A DNA stretch of 63,640 nucleotides, counting the filler, from Pelomyxa schiedti (lineage: Eukaryota; Protista; Evosea): NCBI GenBank assembly GCA_020536535.1. It is 12 parts of 12 records of this genome, joined end to end, with 100 filler letters (N's around TTAATTAATTAA, not from the genome) between each part and the next. Parts side by side here need not be neighbours in the genome. Positions count along the whole stretch, not along the records: positions 44,312 to 50,297 come from JAHLWZ010000404.1; positions 50,398 to 51,595 come from JAHLWZ010002709.1; positions 51,696 to 53,820 come from JAHLWZ010002118.1; positions 53,921 to 59,247 come from JAHLWZ010001504.1; 8 more parts are not named here. One strand, 5' to 3'. Shown here piece after piece: positions 46,881 to 59,347 of the stretch; the stretch's first letter is position 1; each line of letters opens with the position of its first letter. The notes below the pieces were generated by a model. It was not told where the DNA came from and did not search any database. It saw only the letters and a list, made by a program, of their open reading frames with translations. The translations under genes were made by a program, and so were the position numbers.

Positions 46881-47621
46881 CAGAAATCCGAGCTTGGAGA
46901 GGTCAGGTGTTCAATTCCCATTCCCATGTCCGGTACGCTAAGCCAAGGCGAGTATGGCGTTGCAGTTTCTGACGGCAATTGCTCACTTCCACCTGTATTT
47001 CTCCTCTTCGAAGCCGTGTTAAACAACAATAAACATTACAGTACATACACCCAAGAGCAACACACAAGAAGTTACACCCACACACACACACACCCTCCTC
47101 TTGATGCCAGCAGGCACGTCGCGGTCCACAGCATCCTCCGTAACATCATCATCAACATCATCGGCATCAACACCATCATGTTGATCCCACATGATATCAT
47201 AGTCGGCACCAACACCAACACCCCACGCGTCGCCGCCGCCGCCGTCGCCCCACAAACCCCCCGTAGTAGTCGTGGTAGTAGTAGTAGTAGTCCCTTTGCT
47301 GCTTCTTTCGTGTTCGAGCTCATGCACTGCTGCGTGTTGGGGCTGTTGTTGCATGCAGTTGCCGTCATCTTCGGCGATCACCCTGTGAACCTCCCCATCG
47401 ACGACGACGACTTCGACACCAGCACCGCCATCGGTGCCGCTGCCGCCACAACAACCGAGATCTTGCTTGCTGTTGTTGTTGTTGACCGTCGCGGTGTCGT
47501 CGCTGCGGCTGTTGCTGCTGTTTGTTGCCGTTGCGGCGGCGGTGTTTTGTGTGCTCTCGATTTGTTGTAGTGCTGCCAAGAGTACATCTTCGTCGGCGTC
47601 GCCGAGCGCGTCACCTTGCAT
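46881..47621 (-). CDS. 5' part of a hypothetical acidic/low-complexity protein; its 3' end is probably the minus-strand frame ending ~46610 across the gap
   Basis: ATG 47621 MQGDALGDADEDVLLAALQQIE..; intron ~47020-47090; runs into the N gap. Confidence 0.5.
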
Positions 47622-48140
47622 TTTCGGAATTTTGACTTGAAATAAGCGGAAAAACAATGGGAGACAGCCCTAGGGACTTTTGGACGGCAATGGTGCTGTG
47701 GATGGCGTACTTGTTGTTGTTGTTGTACAGCAGAGTTTCCCACTGCGAACCTACAAATGCTCCATGATTGGCGAAAAAAACAAGGAGGACGCCTGCAAGC
47801 AACCTTTATGACAAGCCAACTTGCTAACAGTGCGACAACCGCGAGTGCCTTTTTCTAAGCTTAGATCTCTATGTTGGGAGAACACACACCTCAAGGAGAA
47901 GCATTGCATGCCCATCCTCTTTGCCGTACCCTCCCATCAGTCTTCCTTTTCTTGAGTTGGGTGTTTCACGAAGTTATCACCAAAATAATCAACAGCCCTG
48001 AACGCTGTCATTTCAGTGCGCGTGCAACCAAAAGCCCAAGGATCACAGCCAAGAGTGACATAGCCATTTTCGTTCCCTGGAAAGCACACGCAAGGGACAG
48101 GAACGTGGTCTGAAATCCAAGTGTCGTTCTTAGAAAACAA

Positions 48141-49720
48141 ATGGCAGGTGAGACCACACCAATGCAGTCACAGTTGCACAGCAACAACAACAGCGGGACC
48201 AGTAGGACAGGGAGCGAGTTTAACTACGTTGATGTCGCGCAGTTTGATGTCCGCTACCTCTGCTCGGTCTGTAAGAGTCCGGCGAACATACCTGTCCTTC
48301 ACGACTGTGCTGCTTGCTTGTGCTGTGCGTGCTCTATCAAGGTTTTTCTTTGCTGTGTGGATTAATATTTTAGTATTGAATGTTTCTAATCTTGATTGTT
48401 AATATGAGCTTGTGTGGGGGTTGAGCAGGTGAGAGTGTGTCCGGTGTGTGAGGAGGACCTTGAAGGGAGATCAAAGGCAATTACTGTGAAGACTGTGCTT
48501 TTGAAGTTGGCTTCGATTCCTGTGTACTGCCCTGTGTGCAAAAATGTGGTACCCAGGGACTACCTTGATGAGCACATAGCTAACTGCCCAATTGGTGAGT
48601 TAACACACTTGAGTGATTAAAACTTACCTCAATCCAAACAGAGTGCCTAAATAAGTGTGGAATTAAAGTCTCGCCTCGTAATCAGGAACTCCACAACCTG
48701 ACAGAGTGCTTGGCTGTGTTTGTTCGGTGTGAGCAATGCAATGATTTAATACAGAGGAAATCATTGCAGGACCTCTCCCACAAACAGTTGGATTGTCCAG
48801 TCAGTACGTTTTTACTTTAATTTCCATTTAAGCTAAGCTAAGTTAATTTAGATTGCGAAAACCAATGTGGAAAGAGAGTGAGACCCAGAGACATCCCTCA
48901 ACACAATGCAACGACGTGCACTATGATGATTGTGAGATGCACTATGCCACAGTTTTGCACATGGTCCGGACGAAGGTGCGAACAAAATGCCCACCTGGAG
49001 TCATGTCTTCTGGCTAAACTGAGCCCCGTGTTGAACTCATTGATTGATGAAAACAAAACCCTGTACAAGATACTGGAAGAATCAAACAGGCAAAACGAGG
49101 AGTCAGCACAACAACTGGAAGAAAAGTACCGCCGAAGAGAGGCTGAGATGGTCTCAAAGATATCTGTGCTGGAGTTCCGCATGTCCAAGCTTCTAGGTAA
49201 TGTATTCCCTGAAGGTATTATGATGGATGCACCTGTGCAAATCCTGCAGGGCTGGACACTGCATTACATGCAGCCATACTCACACTGCACACAACCTTCC
49301 AACATCGACCCTGGCCAAGGGGAATGGGTGTTGATTGCTTCCCAACTTGTATGTCCTTTTTGTCTACGATGCAGTATTCATTTCCTTTATTAAAATGTAA
49401 CCAACCCTATCAAACAGACAGGAACAGATTTGCTGTCACTGTGTGCCATTGGAAGGAGGGAAGAAGTGTGCCACAGGACCACATCCTCCACCACTGCCCA
49501 GCTCCACAGGGGCACATACTGGTACTTTGTGGAAGGCAAGTCATTTGGCTTCTCCCCAACAGCCCGCTTGCACCTTTCAGCCGCAGACATATGTGACAAC
49601 GACGGCCCAGACAGGCGCCTGTGCTGGTGCCTCAATGGCCGAGGAGGTTGGCGATCAGGCAGAGCACTCCGCGGTGTTGAGCAGTCAACCCCATGGCTCA
49701 AGCTGGTCTACTGGGCATAA
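48141..49720 (+). CDS. RING + TRAF-type zinc fingers + unassigned C-terminal domain, copy 2
   Basis: Near-identical to copy 1 with a few amino-acid changes (e.g. NGPVL vs NIPVL, KPIT vs KAIT, SDID vs SNID, WCIN vs WCLN). Confidence 0.85.
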
Positions 49721-50397
49721 AGGGTTTTGTTGTTTGTTATTGCAATAACATTCAAGTCCACATTCTCTCACATGAAACTGACCACTCCTTTCGCCAACAA
49801 CCAAGATAAATAAGTCTCACCCATTATCGACTGATTACCACTCCGGCTCTCCAAGGTTGCTGTTCTTGCCCTTGTGGATCCCACTTCAACTCAGTGGTAT
49901 ATGTTGAGTACTAAACACTCAACAACCAATTCTTTTTCTTGCTGTGATGAAAAAAATCAACATTTTTCGGTTTTTCGCGGAAGAAACTTTTATTTGATCG
50001 ACAACAATGAATTGTTTCGTTTCGATTCTCGTTGTAGTGGCACTACCAATCGTGCTACTACCAGTGGTTTTTATTTTCCCCACGTATGTTCTTCCTATGA
50101 GAACGGTTTGTTTCTCTTTGTAAAAGCCTAACCGAACCAGCGCCGACGCTTTGTTGTTGGCAACCCATAATGCCGGCCACCAGCCTGGTGGCGGCGCGGC
50201 AGCTATTGCAAGCTCTCCGTGGTGTTGGGATGGCGCAGAGGGGGACAAGGAGGGCAAGGCCCTGTGCGACATCAAGAAGGACAACCAGCCATCGTCGNNN
50301 NNNNNNNNNNNNNNNNNNNNNNNNNNNNNNNNNNNNNNNNNTTAATTAATTAANNNNNNNNNNNNNNNNNNNNNNNNNNNNNNNNNNNNNNNNNNNN

Positions 50398-50747
50398 CCA
50401 CCCCCGAGTGACAAGTTGTCCCACAGGAACCTCAGCAACGGGGCACTCTGCACGAGGATGTGTGCCGGGCTTCTGCTCCCGCACCTGCGGTGTGATGACA
50501 CTGCGAACGCAAAGAACTGGTCACGGGTGTACACCGCCGCAGTTGTCTTGACAACATCACGGTCACTGAGGGAGGAGGAGGAGGAGGAGGGAGCAAGAGA
50601 ACTGGAGTAACGCGCGTTGTAATGGCGAGAGGGTGATGGTGATCGCCTGCTCTTGCGCTCTGGAAATGATGGTGATGAGGGTGATAATGATAGTGGAGAT
50701 AATGGAGAGAACGCAAGGGGCCCGGTGGCTTGTTTACTGTAAGTCAT
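50398..50747 (-). CDS. N-terminus of another HxRCGxxSPA-family protein (truncated)
   Basis: TRDQFFAFAVSSHRRCGSRSPAHILVQSAPLLRFLWDN. Confidence 0.7.
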
Positions 50748-51192
50748 GACCGCGATCATTTTTGTTTGTGTGGGTTGTTGTTGTTGTTGCTGCTTGTTCT
50801 TGGTTGCTCACCACCACCGTCACTTGGTTTTTTTTCGGTTTGTGATGGTTTGTTGTTTGGTTATAAAGGCAGGAGGAAGCAAGGTGAGAAATGTTGTGGA
50901 ATAACGCATAGTCCCCTGACTTACCAGAATTCTTTGGTACAGCTGAAAGTGTCATTCCAGGAACTACGCGAGATCCGATCATCATGACCCGAGTACACAT
51001 CCAAAATAAACAAAGGCTGATTCAATCTTGACCTTGAATCGCTTCAATCCCTCATGCATTCTTTCTCGTTATGATGATAACATAAGCAACATCAAGCTTC
51101 TCGTAGTACTTCTCCTCCTTGGAGTGGACCCTCTGGCAAGGAAATCTTCCATCCCGAATGCAGCCGAGAAAAACCAAAAGACAGCTCAAACA

Positions 51193-51595
51193 ATGATGTC
51201 TAGTACCACGAGTACAACGAGTTGCGGGCGGGTGGGCGCGCGCTGCGGGTCTTCGACACAAAGTGGCGGTGTGACAGGTGTTAAGCGTGATGCCAAGATC
51301 AAGGCGGGTACGTGCCGCAGACTGCGCCACGACTACGACGAGTACATCGCCGAGGCTGCCGCCGTCGCCGCTAAAATACAACAGATGGTGTGTGTGCGCG
51401 TGTGTCCGGTCATTCGCTCTGTGTGCCGGGAGATGGGGGCGTTGAATATATATTGTATTATATTTATTGGTCTACTATTGTGTTCCTTAACCACACAAAT
51501 TAATGCCAGGTTGATGCCAATAGAGACCCGTATGAAGTAAGGAAACAGCGGGAAGTGCTCGCGGAAACAGAAGCTATGATTGAAGATAGCCGCAA
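51193..51595 (+). CDS. TBCA: Tubulin-binding cofactor A, 5' part
   Basis: KRDAKIKAGTCRRLRHDYDEYIAEA..KIQQM, intron, VDANRDPYEVRKQREVLAETEAMIEDSR; matches TBCA (RQIKIKTGVVKRL..D.YDIKKQ.E.L.ES.MMIPD). Confidence 0.9.
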
Positions 51596-51758
51596 NNNNN
51601 NNNNNNNNNNNNNNNNNNNNNNNNNNNNNNNNNNNNNNNTTAATTAATTAANNNNNNNNNNNNNNNNNNNNNNNNNNNNNNNNNNNNNNNNNNNNTTTGT
51701 TTGTTTATTCGTTATTTGTTGTTTGTTTGGTTTTTTGGTTGTTGATAATTTGAGAAAG

Positions 51759-53801
51759 GTTACATGCTGTTGCTTTTCTCCTGATGGGAAAATGATCGCT
51801 TCTGGGTCACATGATAGGACTGTACGATTATGGAGTCTGCAGAATTCTGTGTGCACCCACATTCTCAAGGGTCACACAGATTGTGTAAGTTTCCTACTTC
51901 TTCTGTCTCTCTTGGTCATTCGAATGTTAGGTTTGGTGCTGTACCTTTTCAAGTGATGGAAAAAGTCTTTTCTCCGGCGCAGCAGATAACAATTTGTTGT
52001 TGTGGGATACCAAAAAAGGAAGACTTGAAGCCACTCTTTCTGCTCATACTGATTGGGTACGGGCACATGTATAGGTGCGCATTTTAATATTCTTGAAGGT
52101 AACTTCTTGTGCAATTAGCCATGATAAAAAAATTTTCGCTTCTGGCTCAAATGATAGGCGCATCAAGTTGTGGAAGCAACAGAAATGCTATGCTACACTG
52201 TCTTCCCACACAGACACTGTTTGCATCTCTTATCGCTTTCTAGGGTAATTTCTTTTTGCCTGCAGGTAACTTGCCTATCGTTCTCACCAGATGGCACACT
52301 TCTTCTTTCGGGCTCTACAGATACACATGTTATTTTGTGGCAAGTTAAACATGGCTTGGCACTAAAGACACTTGTTGGACACAATGATTTGGTTTTCTAA
52401 GTTTGCAACAGCTATTAAGACAAACAGCCCTCCGATAGGTGAAATTTTGTATGCTCTATGAAGGCTTGATAATTACCATGTCGGCAGATGGAATTGTTCG
52501 TAAGTGGGAAAAAACAACAGGCAACTCACTTGCAGTTCTTGGAACGTCAGGGAAAACGGTACGAGGCCGCCTTGAGATACTTAGACAACCCTTTCAATCT
52601 GACCCCTATGCTGATAGTAAATCCAGAGTTGCTGTTGCGTATCCCCTGATATGAGACTTTGTGTGACAGTATGCGAAGCAGACAGGTCTGCTCTGATTTG
52701 GGAAATGGCACATCTACGGCCACCACCAGATGAAACCCACCCGGCGACGACGCAATTAGAACCCCCAGCACCAAGTCGTTTGACAACTTCTGGAGAGGCA
52801 TCCACATGTACTAGCATAAGCGCCCGTGAAGGAGCACGTGACGAACCTCCGATTTCAATTCGGGACCATCAGCTGGACCAACCACCAGTTCCCATCAGAG
52901 AGCCCACATCTGATAGATCACCCAGGTCAAGCAGGGATCCCCAGTCCGATCAGAACCCGATTAGGGAGCCTGCAACTCCTGGGCCAGCACGTTTCACTCA
53001 TAGCACGGTCGAGGAAGTGCTTTCTCTGCGTGATTTTCTTCGTTTTCCGCAAGGTTATCATCCCTCAAGTTCCTGCATAGAGGAATTACTTTCAGCTGGC
53101 TCTGCTCTTGGGTTGCATCAGCTTGACCGCGCTATTGAAACTGTTGTAGATTTTATTGACGATAAATTTCCAGTTTTATCAGTGTGCTTTCCCGAGATAA
53201 TACCATTCCACTAACATTTAGCCCTTTGCAGAAGAGCATAACCACAGATCTATCCAAAGATGAGATTATTGCCGTTGTAATGTACACATTTGACTTCGGG
53301 ATGGGTGTTCAGAACCAGAATCTGTACTTCATATTGAATGAAGACCTGCGGCAGCGAATTGTAATCCTTTCACTCAAAAGGGAAAACTCAAAACCCACAG
53401 AACACAAAAATGCTGGCCTGGCAACCATACTTGTACTATCTTCTTCAGGCACTTAGGAAACTTCCACCGGTTAAGACCGTTGTCTACCGTGGGGTTCCGC
53501 ATCCAAGAGTGAGCTCATATCACAACAATATTACCATCAGCGACGAGTGAGGTGGACCGGATTTACTTCAACAACAAACAAGCTGGCTACTGCACAGAAC
53601 TTTGCTGGCCCTGGTGGTGTAATATTCCGCATTCACGTGAACTCTGGCCGGGATATACATGAGCTGTCATACATAGCACAGGAGGACGAAATTCTCCTGA
53701 CTCCTAACACAACTCTTCGTGTATCGCAGGCAGTGCATCAGGAACCAAATGGGTGGTTGTATCTAGACATGACTGAGGAATCAGATGACCTGATCTTTTG
53801 A
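51759..53801 (+). CDS. WD40-repeat protein fused to a C-terminal R-S-E clade mono-ADP-ribosyltransferase domain (5' truncated, multi-exon)
   Basis: WD40: VTCCCFSPDGKMIASGSHDRTVRLWS..LKGHTD, FSPDGTLLLSGSTDTHVILWQ..LVGH. ART: EIIAVVMYT, LYFILNEDLR, WQPYLYYLLQALRKLP, VYRGVP (R), WTGFTSTT (S), SYIAQEDEILL (ExE). Confidence 0.9.
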
Positions 53802-56800
53802 TTCTCAAGTTGCTTCAACANNNNNNNNNNNNNNNNNNNNNNNNNNNNNNNNNNNNNNNNNNNNTTAATTAATTAANNNNNNNNNNNNNNNNNNNNNNNN
53901 NNNNNNNNNNNNNNNNNNNNGTTCTCTGTTCACTAATTCAATCCTTGCAGAGACCCACATGTCAGGACACACTGCGTATAATTGAGAGTCTGCTGAAGAA
54001 GGAGGGGCCCAATAGCCCAGGACCCACCTGGTCATGATGGAACCTCAAGCAAGCACTACCACAACCCATTCTTGATCGATGTGTATTGATTCTTGTTGTT
54101 GAGTTGTCTGAGAATTTGTTGTTGCCGGTACCATAAAGCTTTATCTTTAAAATCTAGGTACAGACTCTCAGTACGAAGGCAATATGCCAAGGGTATCTGA
54201 TCTGCTGAGGGTCCCTGCTGTCCTCACTCAATCTAAGAGAGTCCAGTACTGTATTACTTTCCCACAAGAATATCCGCTCCCACAAGTATGGCCCACGGAA
54301 AAAACCCGAGTTCTTCACTAAGATAAAACCCTTTTTTTTTGGGAACTCCCCCAAGAAAGGTTGCAATGTACATTGCATTGAAATGATGTAAGACCACATC
54401 TTTGGCTTTCTCTCAGTGTCTCAATGACTCTTGGCCTTTATTTGGCTTTAAAATTAGAGAAATAGAGAGAAAGCTTTTTGCAAAAAACTCTAACAGGCTA
54501 CCAGCTACGTGTGGAACATAGGGGATAGAACGGAAATTAAGAAAAAACGGGCTAAGGTAAACATATAGCCAGTCCAGTGTTTCTAGGGTGAAGTGGGATA
54601 ATAGACGCAGTAAAGAGTCGTTTGGCAGATTCAAAGCAGGGAAGGGGGGTCCTGCCTTAAGCCGAGGGCGCAGCAGCGGTGGAAACCGATAATGCGGGCC
54701 TGGTGACAGGCGGTGAAGCCCACAACCGGCGGGGCAAGCGAAAGCTGCTGCCGGCGCACCCTGGCAGAGAAGCCATCTTGACTCTCGAGCTCCAATGCGG
54801 GCTTGGTGGAATTACTGGAATAAGGCAGCGACGATCTTATGTGACACAGAACACACTAATGCGGACTGCAGCAGTGATTGATTCTGAGGCCATCTTGACT
54901 GAGAATTGGACAACAGCGTGGCTTTGAAGCTAACCGCACCTAACCGCACCAAATGAATTATCCTTTGAACACGTGCAACCCAAGCACGAGAACAAGCAAG
55001 AGAACCTTTACACTCTTACTCTCTTTCGTTATTTTTCCCCTGTCGGGCTTTATTCTCTTCCCACAGAAGCTTACATGGTGAAGCCCACAACCACTCCTGG
55101 ATTTGTTATAGTGTATTTACATGGTGGGAATGTTGTTGTACCTTGCGATAATGTAATAAGCAATGCACTATTGTGTTTGTGTTAGGGCTTATTTCTCCGT
55201 GAATGCACGAGTCAAACAACAACCAAAACCAGACTGTTCCCGGAATCCCACGGTTTTTTTTCGTTTCGCGCGCCACGTAGCTCGGGCATTGGGTACGTGT
55301 CGCAAAAAAAAAAAAAGTTGGCATGTGGTGGGGCACAGAAAAGAGAAACAAGGGTTTGTTGTTGTTTTGTTTTTTTCCTTTCGTCTCCCTTCTTCTTCGT
55401 TTAGTTTCCTTTTGTTTCGGTTTTTTTTCTTCTCTCTTCCCTTCGGGTTTGCATGTGGTCTATGTGTTTTAACTTTTTCTTTCGCCACTTGGCTTTGGTT
55501 TTATTGTAATTGCTCCTAATTTAACAATAGTGTTTTTGTTTGTTCTATCATCAACGCAAGTGAGGCACCTTGTGGTCCTACCTAACATGCTTTAGGTGAG
55601 GTGCGTAATTTCTGGCTTAGATCAGAGCCTCTCACCAAAGTACATTCTCTCTTTTTATAATCAACCACTCAGCAAATAATAGGTACCACCAGTGCCGGAA
55701 AGAGCAACCCCAGGCCCGACTTCTACTCACCTTCATTCCTGCTTCACTCTCTCTGGTTCCTGCACCACTACTGCTCGGCGGCATTCCCGCTCTACTTACA
55801 ATGGAAAGAGTGCAACGGCGACAGCGCGAGGTTGGCGAGGTTTGCTGCTGCACAACAATATCGGGAGTGCTACAGTGGCATCACCAGTGATAAGGTGAGG
55901 CTGTGAGCGAGTCAGCAGCGATGTTGGTAGTGAGTCAGCAACATCAGGAGCCCTCAGAACTGCCAGCTCATTTCTGAAATCATCACCAAGGTCTTTGCCT
56001 TCTGTAATATAAGCCTTTAAATGTGCATAGATCCAAAAATTGCACTCAGTGGAAGCAAAGAGGGGGAGAGGATAGTAACATGAAACACCAGCAACGCAAA
56101 GTATGATGATGATCTCCACTCACTCACCTTCATAACCACAAAAAAAAAGGCCAGGTTGTGTAGTGGCACTGAACCAGAAAAGGGGAAGGAAAGAGTGTGG
56201 GGGGAAGTGACTTGTGGCGGGGGCTACCGAAACCGCCAGAGATCCACCAAACGAAAAATTTGGATAAGGAAGGGGACGCTTTCGCGCGCGTACTACTTGT
56301 GGTTCACTGTTCCTTCCACTTGCCGTCATCCCCTCCTCTCTTTCTCTTCACCTTTTGCAAGCTTCCAACCCATGGCAATTTGGGTGCAGAAAACAAGGTG
56401 ACTATTTCCCAACGCACAATTTTCTTTATGTTTGCCTCTCACACTCCCTTTCCACACATCCAGGCTTTTTTTTTATTGTTACTGTCTGTGGGGTCATGCT
56501 GTGGGGGTTTTTCCCCCACCTACTCTCAGCCAGCTTAGTGGCTTTATAGCACTATCGCTTTGGCTTCTTACGGTCAAGTATGCCCCAAATATGGGTACAC
56601 TGTATCCTATTGTATTCAATCCAATTTTAGGTGTTGCTCTCTTGTATTGCAATCGAAGCTCCAACTTCAGCGGTTCTACTTGGGTTCTGCTGAATCAGCT
56701 TCTGCCTTTCCTTTGGGTATCCCTTTTTGATGCCCATTGCCTTGGTGTTGCCAATGATCCAGTTGCGGCTTCTCAGTGCCATTACTGTTGAGCTGTGTGT

Positions 56801-59347
56801 TTGGCTTTTCTCTGGTATGTGCCAATTGAAAGGAGTATACATTGGTCTAACTTGTAGATTGGCAATCCAGCGTGGACAGATGATTGGAAATGATGTCTTG
56901 TTCACCTCTCAGTATTCTTGTAACACTACTGCTGGATTGCTCTCACTGCTGAGCTGAAGGTGCTTGGCAACTGCCAGGTATATTTAGTTCCTCAGAGCTT
57001 GCCTCTAACTCCAGCACTAGGTCCAATTTGAAAATGACGAGAATGATTTGTAATTTCTTGATGTATCGCTGCTATCTTGCTGGCATTTTCACATTTCTAT
57101 GTATGCGGTGCCTTTTTCTGTTTGTGCCTCCGATTTACTGTGGTCAGATGCAAAAGATTGAATGCCTGGTTTTTGTTTCCGGCTCTGTGGATATATGCGT
57201 AAATATTATGTTGCCAGTGGTATCACTGTGCGGGTTGCTCTTTATGTTGATGAGGCAGTGCCAATTGCTGGTCTCTGTACTCTTCCCAGAACCGTTGTCC
57301 TTTTTCCGCGTATGCTGATGTGGATAATACCGAAGCTACCTTGGTGCATGAAGGTGTGACTGTTGCCCTCACATTATGTTGATTGATGGAGCTGTAGGTA
57401 GTCCTCACTGTTGCCTTGCATATCCTTACTTGCCCACAGAGATTCAAAGTATTGGCATGCCCTGCACATCTCAGTCTGCACAGATTTCACATCAGATATC
57501 ACTCCGGCAATTGTACATCGCATACAGCTCCACAATCAGGTTTCCATCTCAGGATTGTGCCGCACAATTTGACTTTCTTGCAGCAAATCTTGCAGCATCT
57601 CCGCATTCTTCCTTCTGTTTTATCCCCGATTTCTCTATCGCAAGGTTTTGCTGTTCCCCTTGCTGACTCAATATGTCTCTCTTGGCATGATGTCAATCCT
57701 GGTTATTTGCCAGTGGCCTCTCTCCAAGCGGTAACTCCATCGCTCTCAATGTCGGTAACTCTTAACTGATTACACACAAGGGTATTTGATTGCCACCTTT
57801 CTGGAATCATATCAAATTTCGTTGAAGACAGCCTACCAGCTTGCCTCCTCAGAGGAGAAGATGCTCTTTACGTCTCCATGTTCACAAGAAGGTTGGTCCT
57901 CCATGGATTCCACCTTCCTCATTGCCGCAACAATGCAGGACCAGTACCTCACCAGGTGACCTTGGGTATTTGTGTATCAGTCACCATCGCGGTTGTGGGT
58001 GGTGCGTAAAGGGAAGTCGGGGGTATCGGTGGAAGTCGCACTCAGTGATCAGAATCACCTTTGCGCGACCCATTCTACCCCTGACGATACTGCTGCAAGA
58101 GGGAACAAAGAGGCCGAGTTGATCAACAACGAGGAGATGCTTACACTGGTAACGCTGCAAGTATTAGGCCTTAATCTCTGTGTGAGTGTGACCACTACTC
58201 GTGGAGACAACACAAGCCTTAAGTCTGCAAAGAGAAGACTTGACACCCAGACAAGTGGGATGGCACAGGCAATGGATCAATAAGCTCTAGCTATCAAACT
58301 CAACATACACAAACTGGACATTTGACAAACCAATGAGAAAACACCGAGGTTGTCTTTTGTTTTTTTTATTATTATTATTAACATGTTTAGATAGTAGTGC
58401 CCATGCGATAATAGGTGCGGTTTTTGCCGCGAATTTGAATTTGAACTGGGCTGTTTCTTCATGTCACATCGGCCATACTATAGATGTCGTCTGTAGTTTG
58501 ATTCGGCTCAATACTAACCATTCACAGATGTCTGGTACAGTTCTATTTTTCTCCCCAGCCTATATTTATTTCTGCATTAATGGTGACAAACATCATAGTT
58601 AATCCCCACATGAATTGTGAGGAAGAATGGCACATGATGATAGGGCCATTGCCATTATTCTTTAATGAACTGAATGTTTATAGCTGCACTCCAACAACAC
58701 AACAACAGAGATAAGACTAAATTCCAGGTATACAACGAATTTGTATTGCAAAGCTGGCTAAACACATATTGGTGCACCAGTTGCCTCTGGTAGAAATATT
58801 GATTGGAATAATAATATTGTATGCATTCCCATCATTCCCACACTAATCCTGTCGCGAGATGCATGCTACCAGTGTCGAAAATGGCCACTTGAGTGCCGGG
58901 AATATCTTCAAAGTGCCTCATTAGGTGTGTTTTATGGTGGATTTCTGGCTGAGATATTCTGTCTGTTGGACAGAACTCTAACAACTTATTGTTGCCACAG
59001 TGCCTTACTCATTTGCCAGATAAATCTTGGTTCCAGCAACCAACAACCAAAACAGAAAGTCATAAGTTACAAAAGAGAAGAAACAACCAGCCTCCACGTC
59101 TAGACAGCATTTTTTTTTTTTATCATGGAGGATTGAAGTACAAACAACTAACTAATATCAACACACAAGGCACCCGGCAGCAGATTGTCTTCGTCTTCCT
59201 TTGGGTAAGAACATCTGCATTAAGCAATGCCGAAGGAATTCCCTCACNNNNNNNNNNNNNNNNNNNNNNNNNNNNNNNNNNNNNNNNNNNNTTAATTAAT
59301 TAANNNNNNNNNNNNNNNNNNNNNNNNNNNNNNNNNNNNNNNNNNNN

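Larger units (their letters stand above)
44312..50297. repeat. Tandem segmental duplication, period ~3.45 kb (44312-46780 vs 47757-50297)
   Basis: Colinear near-identical copies; both end at ...GCCATCGTCG immediately before N runs. Confidence 0.92.

Noticed and set aside
54929-54950. CTAACCGCACCTAACCGCACC as a telomerase template or telomeric repeat
   Set aside because: Only two copies of a 10-mer, and it does not match a 1.5x TTAGGG-type template.
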